From: Candidatus Xenobia bacterium
GTDB taxonomy: Bacteria > Vulcanimicrobiota > Xenobia > Xenobiales > QWHO01
Direction of reading: 5' to 3'
Length of the DNA stretch: 64,000 bases
NCBI GenBank assembly: GCA_045863235.1
Contig: BTUM01000007.1
Coordinates: 64,001 to 128,000 of the forward strand
In this document: one piece after another, positions 17,692-26,746 of the stretch
How positions within the stretch are numbered: position 1 is the stretch's first letter
Layout of the letters: every line of letters starts with the position of its first letter
The notes under the pieces: generated by a model
The model's database searches: none
Told to the model about the DNA's origin: nothing
Seen by the model: the letters and a program-made list of their open reading frames with translations, nothing else
Translations under genes and position numbers: made by a program

Positions 17692-18368
17692 AGTCTGGGA
17701 TGCAGAGCACGGGCGCGAGCCAGTTGCCTGGCATCGTCGATCTCGGCCCACAGCAGGTCCTGCACTAACGGGCACGCAATCGGGTGGGTGGGCGCGCACC
17801 CGACCATCCCGTGGCTTTCGTAGTGCTGGCCAGGTTGGCACAGGAGCTTGGAATAGAGATTCTGGCTCACCCGCGAGATACCGACTAGCTCACCGGTCAC
17901 GTTGCTCAGTCGGCTGCGGTCTTTTGACATCGATACCAGCCAGCCGTCGCGCGCCTCCACCCAGACTTCGTCGCCCGCCCCGGTGGGGCCGGACAGCAGC
18001 ACGGCGTCTGGATGAGAGAGTTGGAGCAAGACCTCGAGCGCACGCCGCTCATAGATGAGGTCCGATTCGAGCAGCAGAAAGTCGCCGGTCAAGTGTTCGC
18101 GTGCCGCCGCGAGGCTCTGCAGACTGCCGGTGCTGGCATAGTCAGCGTTGTGAACCAGGCGCACCCCCTCCAGCTCCTGGTAAAAGGAGGCAAGATGGCC
18201 CGTGACCACCACCACCTCGGTAATGCCCACCGATCGCAGCCGCTCCAACGACTCCGCCACGATGGGTAGCTCCCCCAGGCGGAGGAATCCCTTCGGGTAA
18301 GGCAGGGGCCCCAGTCGAGTCCCTTGTCCGGCGGCCAGGATGCAGGCCAGGTTCGGCATGGTGCTCAC
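17685..18368 (-). CDS. Phosphocholine/phosphonate cytidylyltransferase (LicC/PntC family)
   Basis: ILAAGQGTRL..PKG, NADYASTGSLQSL, LLESDLIY, GELVGI and WAEIDD motifs. Confidence 0.9.
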   Translation of the reverse strand: MSTMPNLACILAAGQGTRLGPLPYPKGFLRLGELPIVAESLERLRSVGITEVVVVTGHLASFYQELEGVRLVHNADYASTGSLQSLAAAREHLTGDFLLLESDLIYERRALEVLLQLSHPDAVLLSGPTGAGDEVWVEARDGWLVSMSKDRSRLSNVTGELVGISRVSQNLYSKLLCQPGQHYESHGMVGCAPTHPIACPLVQDLLWAEIDDARQLARARALHPRLC

Positions 18369-20152
18369 GGCAGTCGGGCCAGCTGCTGAAACTGGGGACT
18401 GGAATAGAGCAGCTCCTGGTAGGTGCCCCTGGCTCGCACCTGGCCCTCTTCCAGCAGGTAGATCTGCTCACAGGCCTGCACTGTCGTGAGTCGATGAGCG
18501 ATGACCAGCAGCGTCTTGGAGTGGACCAGTTCGGCCAGGGCCTCCAGGAACCAGCGCTCGGTCTGATTGTCGAGCGCACTGGTGGCTTCGTCCAGGATTA
18601 AGAGCTCGGGCTCGTGATAGAGGGCGCGGGCGATGCCGATGCGCTGGCGCTCGCCCCCGCTCAGGGCCACTCCGCGCTCGCCCAGGACCGCGTCGTAGCC
18701 CTCGGGTCGGGCGGCGATGAATTCGTGCAGATGGGCTGCCCGGGCAGCCCGCTCGACAGCCAGCTCGTCGATCTCCTCGTCTGCCAGGCCGAGGGCGATG
18801 TTGCGACGGATCGTGTCGTCGGCCAGGTAAACCTCCTGGGGGACGTAACCGATGCATTGATGCCAACGTGTCAGGTCCTCGGGTCGCAGCGGTTGCCCGT
18901 CGACGAGCAAGGTGCCCTCTCCCGGCGTCAATAGCCCGGCCACCAGGTCGGCCACGGTGGTCTTACCCGAGCCGGTTCGACCCACCAGGGCCACCGAGCT
19001 GTGTCGGGGAATGGTCAGGTCGAGGTCGTGCACAGCGGGAGCGACGGCCCCCGGGTAGGTGAATGCGACGCGGCGGAGCTCGATGGCTCGGGTGAAGGGC
19101 AGGGGGGGGTCCCCTTCTGCGGGCGTCAGGGGCTCGGGGTCGGCCAGCTCGCGGTAGATTTCCTCCACCAGGGGAAGCCGGAACTGCAGGTCCACCAGGT
19201 CGTCATAAAGGCACTGCAGGCACGGCACGAGCCGCCATGTGGCCATGACGTAGGCCCCCACCAGGGGAAGGGCCGCGCGACTGGCCTGGGTGATGCAGAG
19301 GTATACAAGAACGGTGACGATAGCAGCCAGGGCCAGAATTTCGGTGCAGGGCCGGGCGACCTCGCCCAGTGTCAGTCGGTGGAGGAGCAGCCTGTTCTCG
19401 CGCTCAAAGGCGCGTCGGTAGCTCTCCAGGAAGTGGCGCCTGCGAGGCAGGGCTTTGGCCTCCCGCAGGGCCGACAGACTCTCTGCCGCGATCTTTGCCC
19501 GCTGGTATCCTGCCTTGTGGCACTCGTTGCCCAATCGGTCCAGATTTCGGTTGAAAAATCGGTAGATGGCCATGAACAGCATGCTCAGGACCAGACCGGT
19601 GGTCAAAGCCACCCGATAGTCGAGCCAGAGCAGCCCGGCACAGAGAAACAGCGAGGTCATGGCTCGCATTGCCATGGTAGCCAGGGTTCGTACCACTTTG
19701 TGGACCAGCTCATCTACCTGCTGCAGTACCACCCTCGTCAACCGACTTGTGTTCTGACCAAGATGCCAGACATGCGGACGGTGAAGGTAGCGGCGCAGCA
19801 GATTGAGCGACAGGTCGGAGCTGACCTCGGTGGTCAAACGGTAGATGAACCACCAGGTCAGCGTGTTGAGAAAGCTGGTCAGAGCGAAAAGGGTCAGGAA
19901 CAAGACTCCCAGCAGGGCAAAGAAGCTCTCGAAGCTGGCGCAACCCGACCAGGTGTAGAAGCGGTTCAGCGTAGCGTTCTGTTGGACTAAATCCGGGTCG
20001 GCGGCTACTGCGAGCAGGGGCACCAGGCCGGCCACTCCCGACAATTCAGTGCTTGCGTTGACAAGGGTGCACAGGCCAAGACTGAGGGCTTTGCGGCGCG
20101 CGGCGGGAGAAAGAATGGCTCGAACCATTCGGAATGCTTCAAACACCGCCAT
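18365..20152 (-). CDS. ABC exporter, fused permease/ATPase (PglK/HetA-like flippase)
   Basis: Six-TM N-terminal half; GRTGSGKT, LSGGERQR, ILDEATSALD and IAHRL motifs. Confidence 0.92.
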   Translation of the reverse strand: MAVFEAFRMVRAILSPAARRKALSLGLCTLVNASTELSGVAGLVPLLAVAADPDLVQQNATLNRFYTWSGCASFESFFALLGVLFLTLFALTSFLNTLTWWFIYRLTTEVSSDLSLNLLRRYLHRPHVWHLGQNTSRLTRVVLQQVDELVHKVVRTLATMAMRAMTSLFLCAGLLWLDYRVALTTGLVLSMLFMAIYRFFNRNLDRLGNECHKAGYQRAKIAAESLSALREAKALPRRRHFLESYRRAFERENRLLLHRLTLGEVARPCTEILALAAIVTVLVYLCITQASRAALPLVGAYVMATWRLVPCLQCLYDDLVDLQFRLPLVEEIYRELADPEPLTPAEGDPPLPFTRAIELRRVAFTYPGAVAPAVHDLDLTIPRHSSVALVGRTGSGKTTVADLVAGLLTPGEGTLLVDGQPLRPEDLTRWHQCIGYVPQEVYLADDTIRRNIALGLADEEIDELAVERAARAAHLHEFIAARPEGYDAVLGERGVALSGGERQRIGIARALYHEPELLILDEATSALDNQTERWFLEALAELVHSKTLLVIAHRLTTVQACEQIYLLEEGQVRARGTYQELLYSSPQFQQLARLP

Positions 20153-20193
20153 GATCGCGCGAGGTTCGACGCGGAAGGGGCGATTCCGCCTCG

Positions 20194-20799
20194 TCAGTTT
20201 CGCTGGCGGACGAAGTAGCCCGTGGCCCGGTCACGCACGGCGTCCGAGCCCAGGTATCCATAGTGGTGCTCGAGCAGCTCCCGGGGCCGGGCAGGTAGCC
20301 ACGTTTCCTGGCCCAGGAAGGTTGCGCTCTGCAAGGGGAAAACGAACTCGTCGGGAATCTTGGAGCGCTCGCCCGGAAAGGTGCCTCGCTCGAGGGGGAG
20401 GAGCCAGCTCTGCTCGGCTCGGTAGAAATAGAGGTCGGCTTCCCATCCGTCCCACTCGACGTAGAGCTTGGGGCCGAGGTGTCGCGCGCTGGTGTCCTGG
20501 AGCCGAAAGCCCGGCGGAAGACGAGAAGCGGCCTTCTTCACACGGGTGTAGTCCGACTCACGCAGTCCGAAGTCGACATCCACGTCGCCTCTGATGATCT
20601 GGCCTTCTCGATGCTGGCCGAGCAGAGTGCCGAAGGCCAGCCAGTAGTCCACCCCCGTCTCGCGCAGGAAGGCGTTGGTGGTGACGAACAGTCGGCCCAG
20701 CTGCCGGGCCACCGCCTCACGGTGGCTTGCCCCGAGCAGGAGGGGGTTGTAGCGGACGTGGCGCCAGAGCAGCCTGGCGGTTCGTGGCAGCCTGATCAT
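20194..20799 (-). CDS. LicD family phosphotransferase
   Basis: YWLAFGTLLGQHRE..IIRGDVDVDFG, VFPL and LEHHYG motifs. Confidence 0.88.
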   Translation of the reverse strand: MIRLPRTARLLWRHVRYNPLLLGASHREAVARQLGRLFVTTNAFLRETGVDYWLAFGTLLGQHREGQIIRGDVDVDFGLRESDYTRVKKAASRLPPGFRLQDTSARHLGPKLYVEWDGWEADLYFYRAEQSWLLPLERGTFPGERSKIPDEFVFPLQSATFLGQETWLPARPRELLEHHYGYLGSDAVRDRATGYFVRQRN

Positions 20800-21575
20800 A
20801 CCCGGTAGCGATAGGTCCTGCCCGGCTCGCGCTCGCAGTCAGGAGGATAGCTCTTGCGCTTGGCAGCAAAGTATTCTTCGCGCCGATCCCCCTCGCGACG
20901 CAGGCCGTAGGTGATGTACAGGATGCGCCGTGCCTGCGAGCTGTCGTTGGGACCCGACCGGTGGGGCACGAACGAGTCGAAGAAGATGGTATCTCCCGGG
21001 GCCGCTTCCAGAGGCTGAAACTCGAGCCCCAACTCGCTCAGGGGCTCGTGCATCGGCCCGAGCAATCCTTCGCGGTGGCGCCCCGGGACGACTTCCAGGC
21101 AACCATTGCCCGGGGTGGCTCGATCGATGGCCACCATGGCCGTCAGGTGGATCGAGCCCCAGGCGTCCCAACCGGCCTGAACGTCCTGGTGGGGGGCAAA
21201 GCCGTCCCCTCCGGGAAGCTTGAAGTTCAACTTGTCCTTAAACAAGACCAGGCTCTCGCCCATGAGTTGCTCGGCGGTTTCGAGCAGCGCGCCCGTGCAG
21301 AGCTCCCGCAGATCGGGGTGGTAGGGAAGGAAGTTTTCGGCCCGGCAGAGCAAGCGTTGGTGGGGAATTCTTCGGTGAGGCTCGTAGTAGAGCATCCATT
21401 TGCCCTGGGTCTCGGGCCAGCTCTCCAACTCACCCACCCACTCTCGCAGAGGCTCGGCAGGCAAGAATCCGCTCAGGTGAAGGTAGCCGTCTCGTCGGTA
21501 ATGCTCGACCTGATCAGGGGTCAGACTCACGGCTGGAGGTTTGACGCGCCTGGGCATTTCCTGCCAGGCGCTCAT
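20796..21575 (-). CDS. Fe(II)/2-oxoglutarate dioxygenase, PhyH family, PhnY/TmpA-like
   Basis: LFKDKLNFKLPGGDGFAPHQD and HRSGPN..RR motifs; C-terminal YFAAKRKSYPPDCERE tail resembles PhnY; alternative start GTG 21530. Confidence 0.8.
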   Translation of the reverse strand: MSAWQEMPRRVKPPAVSLTPDQVEHYRRDGYLHLSGFLPAEPLREWVGELESWPETQGKWMLYYEPHRRIPHQRLLCRAENFLPYHPDLRELCTGALLETAEQLMGESLVLFKDKLNFKLPGGDGFAPHQDVQAGWDAWGSIHLTAMVAIDRATPGNGCLEVVPGRHREGLLGPMHEPLSELGLEFQPLEAAPGDTIFFDSFVPHRSGPNDSSQARRILYITYGLRREGDRREEYFAAKRKSYPPDCEREPGRTYRYRV

Positions 21576-22383
21576 AGAGCCCGGGTCCTACCAGGGCCCA
21601 GCCCAGAGCTACCGCCCAGCCAGCTGGCACGTCCACCAGGTAGTGGAATCGCGCGTAAACCGTGGCGAAAGCAATCGAGAGAGCGATGAAGAGATAAAGA
21701 CCGGTCAGGCCCGAGCGGGCACGCCAGGCGGCCAGCGCAGCGGCGGTGGACCAGGCGACATGACTTGAAGGAAAGGCGGCGCCGTCGACGGCTCCGTGAT
21801 CGACCAGGCGATGGCACATATGCCAGAAGAAGCCCTGGCAGGCCGGCTCGAGGGCTGGCCAGAGCGGACGGGGACCCTGCACCGGAAAGAAGACTGCCAC
21901 GAGATAGCAGGAGTAGAGCGTGGCCAGGCCCGTGAAAGTGGCCTGCTCGGCCGCTCCGGGGCGGCCCAGTTGGCGCAACCTCAGGGTCAGCAACGGGAGC
22001 AGAAGGTAGTAAAGCAGATAGCAGAGGTGCAGCCATTCGGAGAGCAGTCGATAGGGGAGCACCTGGCTCAGCCAGGCCGCCGGAGAGGCTCCAAAGAGCC
22101 GGGTCTCCCAGGCCAGCACGGTGGCGTCGTAATAAACCCCTGACAGGATGCGGTTCTGGATCTCTAATTCGCTGTACATGGGGATCAGGAGGAAGAAGGG
22201 GTAGAGTCGGACCAGTCCGCCGCCAAGACGCGGGATCAGCCAGATGACCGCCAGGTGCCACAGGATACGGAGCGTGAGCTCTGCGGTGCTATGCCCGGCC
22301 GGCGGGTGGAACAGGCCCAGGGCCAGAAAGCCGGCAGTCAGGGCCAGGTAGGCCCGCACCAGCAGATCGACCGGATCGCTCAT
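21514..22383 (-). CDS. PAP2/AUR1 (inositol-phosphorylceramide synthase-like) membrane protein
   Basis: Multi-TM; FPVQGPR, AAFPSSHV and TVYARFHYLVD catalytic motifs. Confidence 0.85.
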   Translation of the reverse strand: MSDPVDLLVRAYLALTAGFLALGLFHPPAGHSTAELTLRILWHLAVIWLIPRLGGGLVRLYPFFLLIPMYSELEIQNRILSGVYYDATVLAWETRLFGASPAAWLSQVLPYRLLSEWLHLCYLLYYLLLPLLTLRLRQLGRPGAAEQATFTGLATLYSCYLVAVFFPVQGPRPLWPALEPACQGFFWHMCHRLVDHGAVDGAAFPSSHVAWSTAAALAAWRARSGLTGLYLFIALSIAFATVYARFHYLVDVPAGWAVALGWALVGPGLYERLAGNAQARQTSSRESDP

Positions 22384-23417
22384 CGCTTTCGCACCAGGAA
22401 GAAGGGGTCGTGGACGATTCGGCGGGCATCGATGAGGACCAGGTCATCCTCCACCACCAGATGGTGCAGCCCGTCGGGATAGGGCCAGCACTTCCGGGGA
22501 GAGAGCCGCAGCACGGGCTTCTCGTGAAAGGTCTCTGGAGTCAGCTCGAGCACCTCGTTGATCACTACGGCGTCGCCATAGCTCGAGGAGCAATCCTGGG
22601 CCGGGCGATAGAGGCGGCCGTCGAGCCGAAAAGGCTTGCCGGCCGAGCGCGTGGAGCGGATGTCCTGTTTGAGCGGGCTCTGAGCATGGGGCTGAAAAGG
22701 GCCCAGCGGGGTCGCTGCAAAGGCAGCTTTGAGCCGGTAAGCGCCATGCCGGCTGGGACCGGTGTAGAGCAGCCACCAGCGGCCTTGATGCTCGAACAAC
22801 ACCGGATCCACGACTTGCGCGTCCTCGAGCAGAACCCGTTCCAGGATCAGGCCGTCTTGCACCCGATAGAGCTTGAGTCGCTGCTCGGCCAGGCTCTCCG
22901 GCAGGCAGTAGAGCTGGTCGTTCCAGGTGAGCAGGTAGGGGAATGAATGGTGCGAGCCTTCCAGGCGGGGAATGCGCTGGTTGTTCTCCGTAATCTCGAC
23001 CAGTCGGGCCGGCCTTCCGTGACGGTGCTCCTCGACCATCAGGTGCCAGGCGTGATCTTGTCGGAAAGCGAAGGGGTCGGCCTCATAGGTGAGCGGAGCG
23101 AGCTCGGGGCGCCAGGCCCACTTGAGGTGAGGGAGCTCGGAGAGGCTCTGAAGGCGATGGAGGGCGTAGCCAACTGCCCAGATGTCGTAAGTGAAAGCTT
23201 CGCGATAGAGATACTCGAGCCCGCGTCGTGCCTCGAACAGGGCTGTGAGGAATCGCTGGGGCCAGCTGATTCGAGCCGCCGGTTGAGCTCGGTGGAACTG
23301 CCCGGCCGCGCGCCGCAGAGTGCCCTGGTAGCTCCAGTGGGGGCGGAACCAGGCCTCGAACCCGTCCTCGCGCACGACCTTGATGGGCTTTCGTCGCCAG
23401 TACTCTTGAATGGTCAC
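22380..23417 (-). CDS. Beta-propeller protein resembling the GINT1 N-terminal domain
   Basis: ADPF, HHSFPY, LPES, VDP...WWL, PHAQSP, RSAG, RPAQDC..YG and GLHH motifs; GTGA coupling to the upstream gene. Confidence 0.75.
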   Translation of the reverse strand: MTIQEYWRRKPIKVVREDGFEAWFRPHWSYQGTLRRAAGQFHRAQPAARISWPQRFLTALFEARRGLEYLYREAFTYDIWAVGYALHRLQSLSELPHLKWAWRPELAPLTYEADPFAFRQDHAWHLMVEEHRHGRPARLVEITENNQRIPRLEGSHHSFPYLLTWNDQLYCLPESLAEQRLKLYRVQDGLILERVLLEDAQVVDPVLFEHQGRWWLLYTGPSRHGAYRLKAAFAATPLGPFQPHAQSPLKQDIRSTRSAGKPFRLDGRLYRPAQDCSSSYGDAVVINEVLELTPETFHEKPVLRLSPRKCWPYPDGLHHLVVEDDLVLIDARRIVHDPFFLVRKR

Positions 23418-24481
23418 GCCCGCTCCAGCAGGCGGTAGGTCTTCTCGCGCCGAGCTCCCAGGGCGTTCAGCATGGCCTGCATGGGGCGGTTGTCGGCCAG
23501 CACCCAGGAAGCCTCCAGTCGCTCCCACGGGATGCGCGCGTCCAGTTTTACCAGCGCCTCGATCATGGCCCCAGCTACGTCAAGCTGTCGAGCCTCGCGC
23601 ACGATCCCGATGGCATAGGCTCGATAGTTGCGGATCCAGCTGCGGCGCGTGAGGTAGTCGTAGAGAAGGCGAAGGGTCAATCGTCCCTGGCTTCGGGTCA
23701 GCATGGGGTTGAGATCGGGCAGGGTGATGAGAGCGCCCACCGTGGCGCCCTGATGCTCGGCGAACAGCACGGTCTCCGGGCGGATCAAGAGCAAGCTGAG
23801 GACCACGAACTCCCGCATCATGGGCTCGTCGAATTCTTCGAAGCCCCAGTTGTCGGCCAGCGCGTTGTTGAAGACACTTGCCAGCCTGCGGGTGTCGCGA
23901 ACCCGGTGCCAGGGATCCATGGATCGCACCGTCACCCCCTGCTCGGCCGCCCGGCGGGCCCGGCCTCGCATCAGGTCTTGCCTGACCTCGCCCCGCTGGA
24001 AGCTGTAGGTATGCATCTCCTGCAGACTGCGAAAGCCGGCTTGCTCGAGCAACTCGGCGTAGTAGGGTGGGTGGTAGGCCAGCAAGAAGCTAGGCGGGGT
24101 GTCGAAGCCATCGACCAGCAGGCCCGGGTAGGGGTCCTCCTGGCGAAAATGGTAGGGGCCCCGCAGGGGCAGTCCGGGAAAAGTCTCGCAGGCCTGCTTG
24201 AAGAGTTCGTTCAGAGCCTGGTGCTGCCCCGGCAGGCACTCCAGAAAGCCGAAGTGGAGAGCTTGCTGATGGCGCTTGACGCCCAGGTGAGCCACCGGCT
24301 CGCCGTTATGCCAGGCCACGTAGAAGGCGCGCTCGGGGTCGTCGAGCCCACCCATCAGCTGTCGGTAGTGCTGCCAGAGCGGAGGCACCCAGGCCGGATG
24401 GCGGCCCGGGTAGATGGCTCGCGCGAGGCTCCAGAAAGCCAGACGCTCGCGCTCGGTGCGCACGCGGGTGATGCTCGTCAA
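23414..24481 (-). CDS. YghO-like GNAT acyltransferase (family that includes bacterial ceramide synthase)
   Basis: WVPPL, FGFLEC, GLLVDGFDTPP..YHPPYY, NWGF, LPDLN, SWVLADN..M and KTYR motifs. Confidence 0.8.
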   Translation of the reverse strand: MTSITRVRTERERLAFWSLARAIYPGRHPAWVPPLWQHYRQLMGGLDDPERAFYVAWHNGEPVAHLGVKRHQQALHFGFLECLPGQHQALNELFKQACETFPGLPLRGPYHFRQEDPYPGLLVDGFDTPPSFLLAYHPPYYAELLEQAGFRSLQEMHTYSFQRGEVRQDLMRGRARRAAEQGVTVRSMDPWHRVRDTRRLASVFNNALADNWGFEEFDEPMMREFVVLSLLLIRPETVLFAEHQGATVGALITLPDLNPMLTRSQGRLTLRLLYDYLTRRSWIRNYRAYAIGIVREARQLDVAGAMIEALVKLDARIPWERLEASWVLADNRPMQAMLNALGARREKTYRLLERA

Positions 24482-24518
24482 GGCCAGGTTTGTTCTGAAC
24501 CGGCCGGGATGGGCCCTC

Positions 24519-25448
24519 TCAGGCCGAGCGGGTCAAGGGCTCCAATCGACGCATGTAGCGGGCCAGGGTCTGGATGGTGGGACCGTAGCCCTTGTGATAG
24601 ATCGCGTACTCGAGCTCGTAGCCAAGCTTGCCGGCGCTCTCGAGCCGCTCGTTCGGATCGGGGGCCAGGCAACGATCGAGGGTTGCGGCCAGCATCGGGG
24701 TCAGGCCCGGGGGACTGCTCAGCCGGGTGCTCAGAAGCCGGGTGAGGGTTTCGCTCAAGCTCTCTCCCTCCACCAGGAAGGGATTCCGGCCCGTCAACAG
24801 CTCGTAGTAGACGACACCCAGGCTGAAGAGGTCGCTGCGACCGTCGGTGACCTGGCAGCTGGCCTGCTCGGGCGCCATGTACTCTACCCGGCCATAGACC
24901 TGCTCGCCTTCTTTTGACTCGAGGTAGTGGGCCGCCTTGGCCACCCCGAAGTCTGCCAGCTTGACCTCGCCTTCGCCGGAAATCAGGATATTGTTGGGCG
25001 ACACGTCACGATGGACCAGACCCAGGGGCTGGCCCTGCTCGTCGGTGCGCTCGTGAGCATACTCCAGGGCCCGGGCCAGCCGGCTGACGATGAAGGTGGC
25101 CAGCTCGACCGGCACGGTCTTTCCAGCGTGCAGATCGAGAAAGTGCCTCAGGCTCATCCCCTCGATCAGCTCCATGGCGATATAGGCTCCAAAGTCCGCC
25201 CGGCCCAGCTGGTAAATTTGCACGATGTTGGGGTGGATCAGGTTGGCCACCAGACGAGCTTCCCCCACGAACATCTGGCTGAACTCGCTCGACTCGCTCA
25301 ACCAGGGGTGCAACACCTTGAGGGCAACCCGCTTGGAGAAGCCGTCGGCTCCCAGTTGCTGAGCCTCGTAAACGGTGCCCATGCCTCCCGAAGCGAGCTC
25401 GCGGATGATCCGGTAGCGAGTTTCTTGAACGAAATACTGAGGAGTCAC
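24519..25448 (-). CDS. Hanks-type Ser/Thr protein kinase (soluble)
   Basis: GGMGTVY, VALK, HRDVSPNN, DFG, YMAPE and DLFSLG motifs. Confidence 0.95.
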   Translation of the reverse strand: MTPQYFVQETRYRIIRELASGGMGTVYEAQQLGADGFSKRVALKVLHPWLSESSEFSQMFVGEARLVANLIHPNIVQIYQLGRADFGAYIAMELIEGMSLRHFLDLHAGKTVPVELATFIVSRLARALEYAHERTDEQGQPLGLVHRDVSPNNILISGEGEVKLADFGVAKAAHYLESKEGEQVYGRVEYMAPEQASCQVTDGRSDLFSLGVVYYELLTGRNPFLVEGESLSETLTRLLSTRLSSPPGLTPMLAATLDRCLAPDPNERLESAGKLGYELEYAIYHKGYGPTIQTLARYMRRLEPLTRSA

Positions 25449-25530
25449 GACAGAGCTTGACTTCGATTCAAGCGCTCGCGGTCCTTCTTTTCGGGTTTCC
25501 TTCAGGCAGGCAGGCTAGTCTGATGTCAAC

Positions 25531-26676
25531 ATGCGCATTCTGGTTACCCATAGCTCCTCCACCGGACACGGCCACCGGATGGCCGCCGAGGCCCTGGTCA
25601 GCGCCCTGCGCGAGCATCCGGGTGTGGAGGCCGAGTCGTTCGACATGCTCAGCGTCTGCCCGCCCGAGGTGCGCGAAGCCCAGAAGAAGAGCGTGCAGGC
25701 CTTCGAAAGCCGCGAGAAGCTGGCTCGCTGGAGCTACGAGCTGGCCCTGGCCGGCAACCCTGTCATCGGCACCGTGCAGTGGGCCATCAACCACTACAAG
25801 GCATGGATGGCCCCGGAAGCTCTGCAGTACATCAAAGACTACCAGCCTGACCTGATCGTCAGCACCCACGAGCAGGCCAGCGGCCTGGTGGACATCTGGA
25901 AAGATAGCGGCGAGCTGACCGCCCCGCTGGTCAACGTGCACACCGACCACCTGGCCGACATGCGCTGGGTGCAGCCCCAGGTGCAGCACTACTTCGTCGC
26001 CAACGAGCTCATGCGCGAGGATCTCGCCCGCCTGGGGGTCGAGCCCGAGAAGGTGAGCGTCACCGGAATTCCCATTCGTCCGGAGTTTGGCCAGCCCGCC
26101 CCGGCCGATCTGGATCAGAAGCTGGGCCTCGACCCGACCTTGCCCACCGTGCTCATCATGGGCGGCGGGCTGGGCCTGCAGCCCTTCAATCGCCAGGTGG
26201 AGGCGCTCGAGCGCCAGCCGTATCCGATGCAGATCGTGTGCGTGTGCGGCACCAACCAGGCTGCCTACGACGAGCTGAAGGCCCGCCAGGGTGGCAATCA
26301 CCCGTTGCATGTGCTGGGCTCGGTCAAGAATATGCCCGAGCTGTTGAAGGCGGCCGACGTGGTGGTCAGCAAGGCGGGGGGGTTGACCACCTCGGAGATC
26401 CTGGCCACCGGCAAGCCGATGATTCTGTACAATCCGCGTCTGGGTCTGTCGGTGCACCAGTCCAATCGGCTCGAGTCCATCGGGGTCGCCAGCATCGCCC
26501 GCAGTGGCGACGAGATGGCCGGCCAGGTGGTGGGCTACCTGAGCGACGAGACTCGCAAGGAGCAGGTAGCCCAGGCCATGGCCCGGGCCAGCAAGCCCGA
26601 CTCCAGTCGCGCCATCGCCTCCGAGCTGGTCCAGATGGCAGCCCGGCACCAGAACACCCTGAACGTCTCAGCCTGA
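25531..26676 (+). CDS. MGDG synthase/UgtP family glycosyltransferase (GT28)
   Basis: GHGHRMAA, IVSTH, VTGIPI, MGGGLG and KAGGLTTSE motifs. Confidence 0.92.
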   Translation: MRILVTHSSSTGHGHRMAAEALVSALREHPGVEAESFDMLSVCPPEVREAQKKSVQAFESREKLARWSYELALAGNPVIGTVQWAINHYKAWMAPEALQYIKDYQPDLIVSTHEQASGLVDIWKDSGELTAPLVNVHTDHLADMRWVQPQVQHYFVANELMREDLARLGVEPEKVSVTGIPIRPEFGQPAPADLDQKLGLDPTLPTVLIMGGGLGLQPFNRQVEALERQPYPMQIVCVCGTNQAAYDELKARQGGNHPLHVLGSVKNMPELLKAADVVVSKAGGLTTSEILATGKPMILYNPRLGLSVHQSNRLESIGVASIARSGDEMAGQVVGYLSDETRKEQVAQAMARASKPDSSRAIASELVQMAARHQNTLNVSA

Positions 26677-26746
26677 CTTCGTCTATAGCGATGTTGAGAG
26701 GGTCTTGCCCTGTTCTTGGGGGAAAGCTGCTGCAGAGGCTCCGCGC

